From Camelus ferus (lineage: Eukaryota): a stretch of 64,000 nucleotides of DNA. The translations under genes were made by a program, and so were the position numbers. Shown here one piece after another: positions 37,001-49,449 of the stretch. Position 1 is the first letter of the stretch; each line of letters starts with the position of its first letter. Under the pieces are notes generated by a model. The model did not search any database and was not told the DNA's origin. It saw only the letters and a list, made by a program, of their open reading frames with translations. The DNA lies in contig NC_045696.1 in the NCBI RefSeq assembly GCF_009834535.1, positions 17,920,001 to 17,984,000 on the forward strand, written 5' to 3'.

Positions 37001-37324
37001 TGACTAAAACAATGTACTCTGTCAATCTATTATTTAAATACTAATTTATTCCTAATACATTTTTGAATGCCTGCAAAGAGTCACAATGACATACATCACA
37101 GGCTTGGGATAGAAGAGAGCATTGCTTCAGGGGACAGCTGAAAAAGAATTGGCTATATATACATACATATAGTATATATATATTCTGCTAAGACATTTTG
37201 ATTGTATTTTAATACAGATTTTGAAAACATATATTTCTTTCTTTCTAGAAAAAACAATGTATACAGGTCTTCTTGTGTATTTAGTGTACATTACATTAAG
37301 ACTAAAAAATAAGTACTTTACAGT

Positions 37325-37492
37325 ATAATGAATATAAATGACAATATAGTACTATAATTATGTAATGTAATCAATATTGCAAAATTGGCAATCATATTAC
37401 AATACATAAATGTATTAAAGTAATACACTGTATACCTTAAACTTATGCAATGTTACATGTCAAATTTATTCAATAAAATAATTAATTTAAAA
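37325..37492 (+). mobile_element. Very short L1 3' end
   Basis: CTGTATACCTTAAACTTATGCAATGTTACATGTCAAATTTATTCAATAAA; imperfect flanking repeat TACTTTA(C/A)AGT. Confidence 0.65.
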
Positions 37493-38811
37493 AATACTTT
37501 AAAGTCCATTTAAATTGAAAATTCTACGTTCAAGTTTTGTTATCACTATAAAAAGTGGAAAATAATTACTTATTTCTTCTGAGATAATATTCCTTAAAAG
37601 AAAAGATTGTGACTGCAGCACAACAAAGACTTACGTGGATGATGATTGTTGTGATTTTTGTAAGATTTTCCAGGGTGTTGAGTACACTAAAGCTCCCAAG
37701 AAGAAATCATATACAAATGACGCATTCAAAGCCTTTCTAAATTGCTAGTGATTTTTGACTCAGCTAGGCTAATATATAAGTGATTATTTTGCTATTTTAC
37801 TTGACTTTAGGATTTAATGGTTGGATTTGATTTCTTCTAGAATGAACTATTCATGAGTTTTCTTCAGTGGTTCTAAAACTTTTCTTTAAATGTTTAGTTT
37901 CTTTGCTGAGATAGCAAGGAATTATGAAGTAATGAAATATCTAAGCTAGTACAGATTGACCCATGAATTTTCTTTATGCCGTTTATAAAGGCCCAGAGTC
38001 TACATTGTTATTCCCATGAAATCTCAAATATATGAAAAATAATTCTGACAAAAATTATGCTCACTAGAAAATGGTGTCTGAAATTAGTCAACTGTGTTAA
38101 CCAGTTTAGTTTCTAGCACCTGTATGAAATTTAAGGTTTTGCTACTACAGGATGGTTTCAGCCTTACTAAATTTTTTAATAAATTGTTTCATCTTCATAT
38201 TTTTCTTATAGTAAATCATCTTTCCTTTTCTGGAATAAAATCCACTTATCATATAGAATATCCTTTAAATATGCATTTATCTTGGTGTGTTAGTATGTTT
38301 TGCACATATTTTACTTGAAGGGGTAGTCTCTACATTTTATTATGTTATTTTTATAAATTTTAGGTATTGATGTTAGTCTTCAAATGTAAATTTGTGTGGG
38401 TTGTATCTTCCACGATTAATCTCTCTCTAGATAACATAAATACTTTTCACGCATATTTTATCTAAAGAATCTGGCTATAAAAGTATCTGTAATCGTAAAA
38501 CTAGGGATGTGAGTTGAAGGGTAGGTGGCTGTTTCTTTTTATTTCATTTTACTTGACTAGGATTTCTATCCTATTTTCTCCTGCTTTAAGGTTAATTTTG
38601 TTTTCCACTTTTTCAGATGCTGCTTGAAAATGTGTATCTTAAAGCCAAAATTCTATCATTGACTTTGTCAAAATTATCCTTATAGAGGTAGAAGTATTTT
38701 TCTTATAATATTAAATTGCATTATTTTAAGAAAATGCATGCTTACCTAATACATTTGAGAGATTGTTCATAGTTTTAACTATGAATACAACATAATGTAA
38801 ATTGGTGTTCT

Positions 38812-40230
38812 TTTTAAGACTTTTTAAAGAGTAGTTTTAGGTTCGTAACAAAATTAAGAGGAAGGTACAGAGATTTCCAATTCATCTCTTGCTGCCAATC
38901 ATGCATAACCTCTCCCATTGTCAACATCTCCAAGCAAAACAGTTCATTTTTTTAAGAAAGGTGAACCTACACTGACACATCATAATCACCTAAGTCCATA
39001 GTTTACATTAGGGTTTTACTCTTGTACATTCTACAAGTTTGGATAAATGTATAATGGCATATATTTGTCATTATGGTATAATTGTATTAACATTGCCCTA
39101 GAAATCCTGTTCTCTGTCTATTCATCCCTCTCTTGCTCTCAATCTTAGCAACTACTGATTGTTTTATTTTCACAAGAATTTCTAGTTTCACAGAATGGCA
39201 TATAGTTGGAACCATACAGCATATAACCTTATCAAATTGGCTTCTTTCACTTGGTAATGTATATTTAAGATTACTCCATGTCTCCTTATGGCTTGATAGC
39301 TCCATTTTTTTTAAACACTGAATAATATTCCATTGTCTGAATATACTATAGTTTATCCACTCATCTACTGAAAGACATCTTGGTTGCTTCCAAGCTTTAG
39401 CAATTATGAATAAAGTTTCTATAAACATCCACTTGATGGTTTTTATGTGGACATAAGTTTTCACCTCCTTTGGATAGACAGATATCAAAAAATGCAATTG
39501 TTGAATCATATAGTAAGAGGATGCTTAGTTTTGTAAGAAGCAGCCAAACTGTTTTCCAAAGTGGTTGAACTATTCTGACTTCCCACCAGCCATGCATGAG
39601 CATTCTTATCTCCCTACATCCCGGTATTTGCTGTTGTCAGTGTTCCAGGTTTTGTTCGTTCTAATAGGTGTGTAATAATACCTCATAGTTGTTTTAATTT
39701 GTATTTTCCTAATGTCTACATCTTCTTGGCGAGATGTCTGTTGAGTTCTTTGGCTCATTTTCAGTCAGGTTGTTTGGTTTCTCCTCTTGAGTTTTAAGAG
39801 TTCCTGCATATTTTGGTTTACAGTCTATCAGATGTGCCTCTGGTGAATATTTTCTCCTAGTTTGTAGCTTATCTTCTTATTCTATTGAAACTGTCTTTCA
39901 CAGAACAGAAATTTTTAATTTAATGAAGTCCACATTATCAATTATTTCTTTCATGGATTGTGTCTTTAGGTTGTATCTAAAAGGGCACACCCAGGTCATT
40001 TAGGTTTTCCTGTGTCATCCTCTAGGAGGTTTATATTTTGCATTTTACATTTAGGGCTATGATCCAATTTGAGTTATTCTTTGTGACATATCCACAAAAT
40101 ATCTTGCTGGGTTTTTGATAGGGATTGCCTTCACTGTATAGATCAAGTTGTGATGAACTGACATCTTGAAGATATGGATACTTCTTATATGAACATAAAT
40201 TATATCCTTATTTATTTAGTTCTTCTTTGA
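38812..40230 (-). mobile_element. Ancient L1 (L1MC/MD-like) 3' portion
   Basis: Minus-strand ORF2-end peptide YPKEVKTYVHIKT...LFIIAKAWKQPRC and a typical L1MC-type 3'UTR. Confidence 0.82.
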
Positions 40231-40494
40231 TAGCATTTCATATCAGGGTACTAATATTCCTCAATTTATTTATCTTTTCCTTTTGCTAATGATATTTAAA
40301 ATCTTTTTCTTTTATCAGTACAAATAATTTCTCAAGAAACATTCACCTTGTGCCTGTATTTGATTCATTTACTAACAAATATGAGGGAAGTATAATTGTT
40401 GGGTTACAGGATATGTGCGTCCAACATTTAATTGAACTTTTCAAAATGCCCTGCAGTTTATAGCCTCGTAAGTGATTTAAAAATCCTAGTCTGC

Positions 40495-41661
40495 TATAGA
40501 GCTACAGTCATCAAGACAGCATGGTATTGGTACCAAAACAGACATATAGACCAATGGAACAGAATAGAGAGCCCAGAAATGAACCCACAAACTTTTGGTC
40601 AACTCATCTTTGACAAAGGAGGAGAGAATATACATTGGAATAAAGACAGTCTCTTCAGCAAATGGTGTTGGGAAAACTGGACAGCAGCATGTAAAACAAT
40701 GAAGCTAGAACACTCCCTTACACCATATACAAAAATCAACTCAAAATGGATTAAAGACTTAAACATAAGACAAGATACAATAAACCTCCTAGAGGAAAAC
40801 ATAGGCAAAACATTATCTGACATACATTTAAAAAATTTTCTCCTAGAAGAAATAAAAGCAAGGATAAACAAATGGGACCTAATGAAACTTACAAGCTTCT
40901 GCACAGCAAAGGAAACCAGAAATAAAACAAGAAGAAAACCTACGGAATGGGAGAAAATTTTTGCAAGTGAAACCGACAAAGGCTTGATCTCCAGAATATA
41001 TAAGCAGCTCATACGACTCAATAAGAAAAAAATAAACAACCCAATCCAAAAATGGGCAGAAGACCTAAACAAGCAATTCTCCAAGGAAGACATACAAATG
41101 ATCAAAAAGCACATGAAAAAATGCTCAGTATCACTAATTATCAGAGAAATGCAAATCAAAACTACAATGAGGTATCACCTCACACCAGTCAGAATGGCCG
41201 TCATTCAAAAATCCACAAATGACAAATGCTGGAGAGGCTGTGGAGAAAAGGGAACCCTCCTACACTGCTGGTGGGAATGCAGTTTGGTGCAGCCACTATG
41301 GAAAACAGTGTGGAGATTCCTCAAAAGACTAGGAATAGACTTACCATATGACCCAGGAATCCCACTCCTGGGCTTGTATCCAGAAGGAACCCTATTTCGG
41401 GATGACACCTGCACCCCAGTGTTCATAGCAGCACTATTTACAATAGCCAAAACATGGAAACAGCCTAAATGTCCATCAACAGGTGACTGGATAAAGAAGA
41501 GGTGGTATATTTATACAATGGAATACTACTCAGCCATAAAAACTGACAACATAATGCCATTTGCAGCAACATGGATGCTCCTGGAGAATGTCATTCTAAG
41601 TGAAGTAAGCCAGAAAGAGAAAGAAAAATACCATATGAGATCACTCATATGTGGAATCTAA
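40495..41661 (+). pseudogene. L1 ORF2p C-terminal 388 codons, uninterrupted but 5'-truncated
   Basis: [25 protein letters not shown]...; cysteine-rich motif [18 protein letters not shown]; ends SLICGI*. Confidence 0.93.
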
Positions 41662-41979
41662 AAAACAAAAACAAAAACAAACAAACAAACAAAAACAAAG
41701 CGTAAATAAAGGACAGAAATAGACTCACAGACAGAGAATACAGACTTGTGGTTACCAGGGGGGTGGATGGTGGGAAGGGATAGACTGGGATTTCAAAATT
41801 GTAGAATAGACTATACTGTATAGCACAGGGAAATATACACAAAATGTTATGATAACTCACAGAGAAAAAAATGTGACAATGAGTGTGTATATGTCCATGA
41901 ATAACTGAAAAATTGTGCTGAACACTGGAAGTTGACACAACATTGTAAAATGATTATAAATCAATAAAAAATGTTAAAA
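40495..41979 (+). mobile_element. Young 5'-truncated LINE-1 (ORF2 3' part, 3'UTR, short poly-A)
   Basis: Perfect 16-bp TSD AAAAATCCTAGTCTGC (40479-40494 / 41980-41995) at a TT/AAAA endonuclease site; AATAAA near 41963. Confidence 0.97.
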
Positions 41980-42259
41980 AAAAATCCTAGTCTGCATTTG
42001 GGTCTTCATTCTATTTCATATTTTTCAACATAATTGTTCAAAAATGAGTTACTATTACTATTACTTACATTTCCTAGTTATTAGGTTGGGTATCCTTTGA
42101 ATGAATAATGGCTTTGTATTTCTGGGAAAATAATGTTCATGTACTTCATCTATTTTATTTTGGGTTGCTTTATTCTCACTTTATAAAAATCCATTATAGT
42201 CTTTGGGTAGTAAATACCTTTATATACAATACAAACACTTTTTTTTGCAGTCTCTCTCT

Positions 42260-42411
42260 ATTTTCTTTCTTTTTTCTTTTTTTTTTTTTTTTTTTTGGTG
42301 ATTGGGGGTAGGTAGTTAGGTTTATTTGTTTTTTAAGTGGAGGCACTGGGGATTGAGCCCAGGACCTCGTGCATGCTAAGCATGCACTCTACCACTGAGC
42401 TATACCCTCCC
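42260..42411 (-). mobile_element. tRNA-Ala-derived SINE (camelid vic-1-like) with poly-A tail
   Basis: Reverse complement reads GGGAGGGTATAGCTCAGTGGTAGAGTGCATGCTTAGCATGCACGAGGTCCTGGGCTCAATCCCCAGTGCCTCCA (A and B boxes), with a T-rich tail on the + strand. Confidence 0.9.
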
Positions 42412-44050
42412 TGTCAGTCTCTTTTATGTGTCTTATCCTTGGTCAGTGAGGTTTGTGTACAGAAATAATTTAAAATTTCAATATATTCATTTATCAATCC
42501 CATTGTTTTTGGAGTATGTTTTCAGACTTCTCTACATCAAAGATCAGTCATATTCAGTTTCACTCTTTCTGAAAATTAGTATCGTTTTTGAAGCCTTTTT
42601 AAAATTTTGTTTTGTATTTTTGCCTTTATAATTTAAAAATCACTTGTATGAATATGTAAGAAATTATCTCTTTTTCAAAATGGAAAATCAAACTGTATAA
42701 CATTATTCATTAATTGGTTAATGAAGAATTGGCACTTCACATCCAATTTGTTCACCTAATTTATCAGTTTTTACTTTGTTGGTTCAGAGCTTTAGAATAA
42801 TGAATAGTATATTTCATAATGGGCATTTTGCTTACTTATGGCTTTAATGGAAATGATTATCATATTTCACCCATAATCTGATGTTTAATGTAGGATTTTG
42901 CTAATATACATTTTATATGCTTGCAAAGAAAGGCTCATCTCCAATACGTATCTTTTGAATAAAAATATTTTAAATAAAAGTAAAGCAATATGAAGTATAA
43001 ATTTTGACTATACATATAGAAGATAAATTAATGGTTCAATTTTGTGTTTTAAAAAATATCATTAACTACTGCAAGGGCTAATTGAACCATTCAAAAATAT
43101 TTATTGAGCCTTTACTATGCTGTTCTTTGCAGCTACAAATGCACAGTTTTAGGGGTAAATTAGACAGAGGAGACCCTTGTTCAGACACTCAGGAAATCAT
43201 TCTGTAATGAGGTTTAGTAATATCTATCAATTTCTAAAATCCAGTCCCTTACAGTTTCAAAGTAATGTACTGAGATAATGGATCAAATTGATTCTCGGCT
43301 CGGAGTGAATGATTCGAGCCCACTTGTCCATTCGTGAAATTTACTGCAGAATTTCCTTAAAGAGCTAACAGTGGATAAAATTGTCTAATTATTACTGTCC
43401 CTGACATGTAAGCTGAGTTTCCATAAATCTGTAGAACTTTATCTGCTCCTAAATACCATTAGACTGCTTATTTTTCTCTCTTGTCTGGATGGATAATTGT
43501 AATAAATGTATTTGAAAGAGAAACATCTTCCCTCAAGTTATAAAAATCACTCATGTTATATTGGTAATGTATTTCAGAATATCCATGAAAATGAAGTCTC
43601 CTGTGAATTAAATGAAAGATAATGCATTTTGTTTTGTAAAGAAGAAGGAAATAAGTTTTTAAATTATTTATCAAATAGGCTCTCAGGGAAAATACTGCCC
43701 TTAATATGGTGGAGGTGAGGGTCATTGTGTTAATCGAAAGAAAATTGTTTATAAAATATATTTGGTGTACTCTAATATGCATGTATATATTCTGAAGATA
43801 TGCTGCTTAACTTCTATGGTAACAAATGCTATAAAAATACAAAATCAGTAACTTACAAAGAGTATATGAAATCAAGAGTGTTTTAGAATACCTGGCTAGG
43901 TTTGTTTAAATAATAAAATAAAGCATCTCTGATTTCTCTTTTCAATTGCATTCGCCTGTAATACTCTGTCTCCCCGACCAGTTGTAACTTCAGTTAAGTA
44001 CTTACACATTTTGGCCAAACTTCAAAGTTAATAATCTTGCTAAAGTTCTT

Positions 44051-44090
44051 CACACACACACACACACACACATGCACACACACACACACA
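44051..44090. repeat. (CA)n microsatellite
   Basis: Interrupted CA run. Confidence 0.95.
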
Positions 44091-44204
44091 AAACTGTACA
44101 GAAGAAATGGACCTAGCCAGTTGTTTTTTCTTTATTAACATTATAATCTTTACCATTATAATTGCTGCTCAGATTCTTTTTTTCTTTTTGTGTAGGGAGT
44201 GGCT

Positions 44205-45272
44205 GGGGATGCTCTTCAAACTTCAGAGTACACCAGAATCACCTTGAAGACTTTAAACAGATTGCTGGCCCCATCCCAGGTGTTTCTGATGGGGCCTAAC
44301 TACTGGTATTTCCGAGAAGTTCCCAAGCGATTTTGATGTTTTTGGTTCAGAAATACATTTGAGCCTTGAGTAACATGAAGATTAGGGACGCCAACACCCA
44401 CACAGTCGAAACTCCGCATGTAACCTTTGACCCGCTCAAAACTTTACTAATAGCCTACTGCTGACCAGAAGCCTTACCAGTAACATAAAGTCAATTAACA
44501 CATATTTTGTATGTTATGTATATTGTATACTGTATTCTTACAATAAAAAAAAGAAAATATTACTAAGAAAATCTTAAGGGAGAGGAAATACATCCTACAG
44601 TACTGCACTATATTTGTCAATACTGTAAGTTTATGTTGTCTGCTTACAAGATGAATCATTTGTCAGTACCTACATTAATATTATCTTATTTGAAACAAAA
44701 CATTTCCAAACACTGTACATGTTACACAAATTACTAGCACGAGATATCAAAACTGTAAAGAACGTGAAAAAGAAATTCTTATTTATTTATAGGTATAATA
44801 ATTCATGCCCTGATAATGAAGAAGCAGCAATATGACTGCTTTGTGGTAGCCTGGTACAATCAATACGATTGCTTCATGGTAGCTTACGCTAGACATTAAT
44901 CAATGAATCATTATAAAACTGTTATGGCATACAGTATTACAGTAACATTCATAATACAGTATTGGAAACACTGTTACCAATGATAGGCTGCGGGAGAGGC
45001 ATACTTGAGGTAAACTAACAGGTTATTAATTTTGGATTAAGTAGCACTGGTCTTATGCCTATGTATCTACATATATTTTATGATTCATTTAGTTTTTTCT
45101 TAATTTTCTATTTCCAGGCTATGCAGTACATAAATAAGATTTTTCAAATCGTTGCAAGTGTCCAAAATTTTTTCTGATGTATTTATTTAAAAAATTCAGG
45201 TATAAGTGGACCTGCACAGTTCAAATCTGTTTTGTTCAAGGGTCAAGTGTATGTTCAGAAACACTGCCTTAG
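44205..45272. mobile_element. MER5A-like hAT MITE interrupted by the Tigger element
   Basis: CAAACTT...CAGAATCACC...CAGATTGCTGGCCCCATCCCAG at 44205-44355; terminal AGAAACACTGCCTTA resumes at about 45252-45272. Confidence 0.7.
44356..45249. mobile_element. Tigger2-like Tc1/mariner DNA transposon derivative
   Basis: Degenerate TIRs CATTTGAGCCTTGAGTAAC...TTGTTCAAGGGTCAAGTG with TA duplications at 44354-44355 and 45250-45251; Tigger2-like internal sequence. Confidence 0.82.
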
Positions 45273-47658
45273 GCCAAAAGCCAACTTTTCAACTTCATTG
45301 CCTATATCTTGATGATCATTTTCCTCAAAATAATATAGATTGTATAATTTAAGGTAAAATAACAAACTCTGAAAATGTTGTATCTACGTATGACACTGGA
45401 AATTAACACTTGCAAAAGCCAAGGGTCTACTCAGCATTCTAGCTTTTAATTTAGTGCCTGGTCCATAATTTTTTTTTTCAGTATTTGTTTGTTTGTTTGT
45501 TTTAGTAATATAAGCTATTTTCTGTTTCTGTAACAATTGGTTTATAGTTATTTTTGTGACTCAGCTGAAAGAATACATCATTTTATAACACAGAAATTTA
45601 AATTTTTATATTACACAAATATAAAAAGTATAAATATTGATAATTCTTTCAAGGCCAATGAATTCAATCTATTATTTTCATGAAAAATACATAATTTAAA
45701 CTATTTCGCAAATATTGAGTATCTGAGCTGGTGTAAGAAAACAACTGCATTTTCAGGATTGTGTTAACTGGCATTTAAATTTAGAATTTTTGATATTATG
45801 CATTCCTGGTTATTCTTCTAGAGAATAAATTAAAATGGGATATTCATATTTTCATGAACACTTTAGAAACACTTGGGAACAGACACATGGTCACAATAAA
45901 TTTCAAAAGTTATATAAAAATGATAGAAATTATGCCTGTTTTTGTTTTAAATACTAGTTTATAAACAGAAGTACTAAGAGGAATATGATACTGGAGTAAG
46001 CAAAATAATATCCCCCTTTACACTGCCCCACCTCATACACATACAAAATAGAAATGTCCATATACTAATTTAGGGAACTTGTGAATATATGATGCTACAG
46101 GACAAAAAGGGAATTACATTTGTAGATGGAATTAAGATTGTGACTTGAATGTAATGGGCAAAGTAACAGACAGTGCGACCACTGGTTATGCTTTTTTTAA
46201 AACACAGGGCATCTTTTAAGAAATTTAACACATGTCCTTGTCCATTTGGGATAGAAAGTAAGATGGTAGCTTAATCTAAACAAAAATAAAAACATTTCAG
46301 ATTCTCATAAAAGTCTTAACTGGACACTGGTGTAATGGTTAAATAATGTACCTTTTATCAAGACATTTATATTTTTTAAGTATGTTCCATTATTAGTTTA
46401 CTCATTTCACAAACATTTTGAGTTTTCTGCTACTTCAACACATGTATTATACACTAAGGATGCAAAAATGAATAACTATGACTCCTGCCTTTAAGGTTCT
46501 GGCAGACTAATAGGAGACGGACAAACATAAACAAACAATTGGAGTTCCGGGTGATAGTGGCTTACCGGTTTTAATATATGCTCTTTCATTCTCTTTGAAT
46601 TTAAATCTATTGATTAAAATTACTATACAAATAAATGTGAGGAAAAGTTATGTATATTACTTCCCCAAAGGAATTTAATTAGCATTGCAAAGCTAAAGTC
46701 AATCATAAATTAGTAAAAAATAAATAAATATATTATTCTCGAGACATTTAATGAGACTTCTGCTACTTTATTAGTTTAAATCATTTGAAAAAATATATAT
46801 ATATGAATTTACTTTAATAGACCTTATTATTCCTCTGTATCTGCGTACACATATAACCTTTCCTTACAGTTTATTTTGTTAAGTTAAATACAACCATTTA
46901 TTATAATTATAGAGACATCAAACTTTTCAAAGAGAAAAATATAACTAATAATAGAAACTTTTTATTAAAATGTTAATAACTAATTTAATTTATTTTCCAA
47001 AATATAATCAGGACAACTTTCAGATCCAGAGCATTATTCATTGTGCTTTGCACTTATCTGATGTTGAAATAAAGGGGAAATTATTTTTAAGATTTACATT
47101 CTTCATTTTGATTATTTTCAATATTCTGTTTGTTGCAGTTTTGTTTTGTTTTGTTTTGTTTCATCACAGAGAATTAATATGTACTGCATTCTACAAGAGA
47201 ACATTGTATTATGATCATAAGTGCCCATTCACTAAGCGGCACTATTCTAAATCCATCATGAGGATTTTTGTCCCATTCTCAAGAACAGAAAAAGCACGGT
47301 CAGTATATTGCTCAGCTAATATTCACAAACTCTATTAGTCACTTTTATATGCTATTTAACAATGTACAAATTGATAGAGTTGTAATCTACAAATGGTTTT
47401 GTCCTTAATGTCTATCTGTATGCACTAGCCTGTAAATGTATTTTACTTAGACAGCATTATATTTGTAGTACACAAGTTATTAATTAAATGTGTTTTTTAA
47501 ACTTATCTTGCCTACAAAATTGCCAATATAGCTATTTCAATTGGAAAAGAGTGGACTGCAGAGATTTTAACTAACCTGATAATTCACAATGATGAATTTA
47601 TATAAACTATCGTAGGTATAAGCAACTTCAGTTGGTGAGTATTTTATGTAAGTCATTT

Positions 47659-47745
47659 TATATATATATATATACACACACGCACACACACACACACACA
47701 TACACACATATATATGTACACATATATATGTATGCATATATACAT
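47659..47745. repeat. Compound (TA)n(CA)n microsatellite
   Basis: TATATA...CACACA...TATATG run. Confidence 0.93.
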
Positions 47746-49234
47746 ACCCTAATTCACAGAAGATTTTTTTCCCTTTTCTTTCTCATATACTAAAATATAA
47801 GAGAAAGTATGTCATGTAAAATATGTAAGATCTTAATGGTTGTCTCTGTGTTTTTATTAAACACTGGTGAGTTACACACACACACCACATATACACATTA
47901 TGACTTGGAAATTAGCAAAAAATTTTTGAATTAGAAAAATATTACTTTTTTCCTATTCCCCCAGGTCCTCAACATTATTTGTTCAAACATTATTCCTTAT
48001 CTGTTGTCATCAATGGAGATGATAGAGAATTTTTATAGTACAATCTGGCTTCCATGCATGGCTGAGTTTACATTGTTTTGTAAAATGCTGCCTGAATATA
48101 TTCAGATACATTTGATGTCTGTTATTCCCCTCACCTAAGGCAACCCTTCCTTTTTCTCCTCAAAGCTTCCCTGTAAAATTTATGGCACTCCCATTCAGTG
48201 ATCAGCAAATTACTCTTTATCTTTGGCATTTTTTCAATTTTTTTCCATTTCTTTGCCATATTTGGGAACTACCTGTTCATCAAGCAGCTTGATTCCTTTG
48301 TTCCTCTTATTATTATTCATTCCTCTGATCCAAATGTCTGGTGTTGAAGTCACTCACTGCCTTCCTTTTTCCCTAAAGCCAACTCTAGATTATCACTCAC
48401 CTATCTCTGGAAACTGAGTGAAAGTGTAACACTAATAACAATAGTCCTAACAATGCCACTGCACTCACGTTCGCCACCATCCGTCCTCATTGCTACCATG
48501 TTCCTCCCCCTCGTGGAAGCCTCAGATTCACTGAAGACTTCAGCAAAATGTCTCACCGTATTCTATACCCCGTTAACTTCTATGCTATAAATGGCTTGCT
48601 TAGGTTTTCAGACAGTGATGAGACATTCTGAATAAAATAAGATAAAAAAGAAATTCTGATATTGTAAAACTTCAGAGGGAAGGTGGTTTGGAGCATTGTG
48701 GCAAAGGGGGAATCGACCGTGTGATGCTTGGTGGGTTAAGTGCTTGTGTTTGTGTATATCAGTATACATAATTAAAAAAAATTGAATTGTAGTATTGGGA
48801 TGTTACATAAATTAAACAAAAATTATGATGAAGGAATGAAAATTTTATGATTTAAGCTAAGAACTAATATAGAGCTTAGAAAAATAAAGTATTAGGTAAT
48901 TGCTGTTGTACACTTAAATTTGTGGCTCAAATTGCTTAAGATGTCAATCTCCTATACTTTGATATATATTTTTAAAACTTACATAATGGGGATAAGGAAA
49001 TTAATTTAATTCAAGTATTTGGGGGCAATTACAAGGCTATGATGAAATAAAGATAATTTAAAAAAAACTAAATCTGCTAGTATTTAAATACTATTTAATT
49101 TTTAAGATGATTTAGAAAGGATTCTGGTAGAAGTTGGAGAAAGGGACACCACACATTTTAAGTCATGTTCACAATCTATATATGAGATAAAACTGCTCAT
49201 GTGTAGCATTATTCAGTAATGCATTCAACTACAT

Positions 49235-49410
49235 AGCTCTCAAACTTGCTCTAGAATCAGAATTAACTGGGGAGCTTATTAAAGCTGCAGATGTCCACGA
49301 ATCACCAGTAAAGATTTTGATACAGAGCTCTGAGTTGAGGTTAGACATTTTCATTTGAATAATCAACCTCATGTCATTTTAATGCACTTCAAAGCTTGAG
49401 AGCCTGCACT
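49235..49410. mobile_element. MER5-like MITE
   Basis: Terminal inverted-like CTCTCAAACTT...AAGCTTGAGAG; internal TCAGAATTAACTGGGGAGCTT. Confidence 0.6.
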
Positions 49411-49449
49411 TCCATCAGGAGGATTTTGTTTTGTTGTAGTAACGGGGGT

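Noticed and set aside
40432..40494. N-terminal 21 aa of the 409-aa ORF as a true start
   Set aside because: TTG start in flanking DNA and TSD upstream of the L1 truncation point; a fortuitous in-frame extension.
40599..41450. Minus-strand 186-aa and 81-aa hydrophobic ORFs
   Set aside because: Antisense shadow ORFs of L1 ORF2.
42335..42411. tRNA-Ala gene
   Set aside because: Has a SINE tail and poly-A, and a second diverged copy with a TSD occurs at 55036; it is a tRNA-derived SINE.
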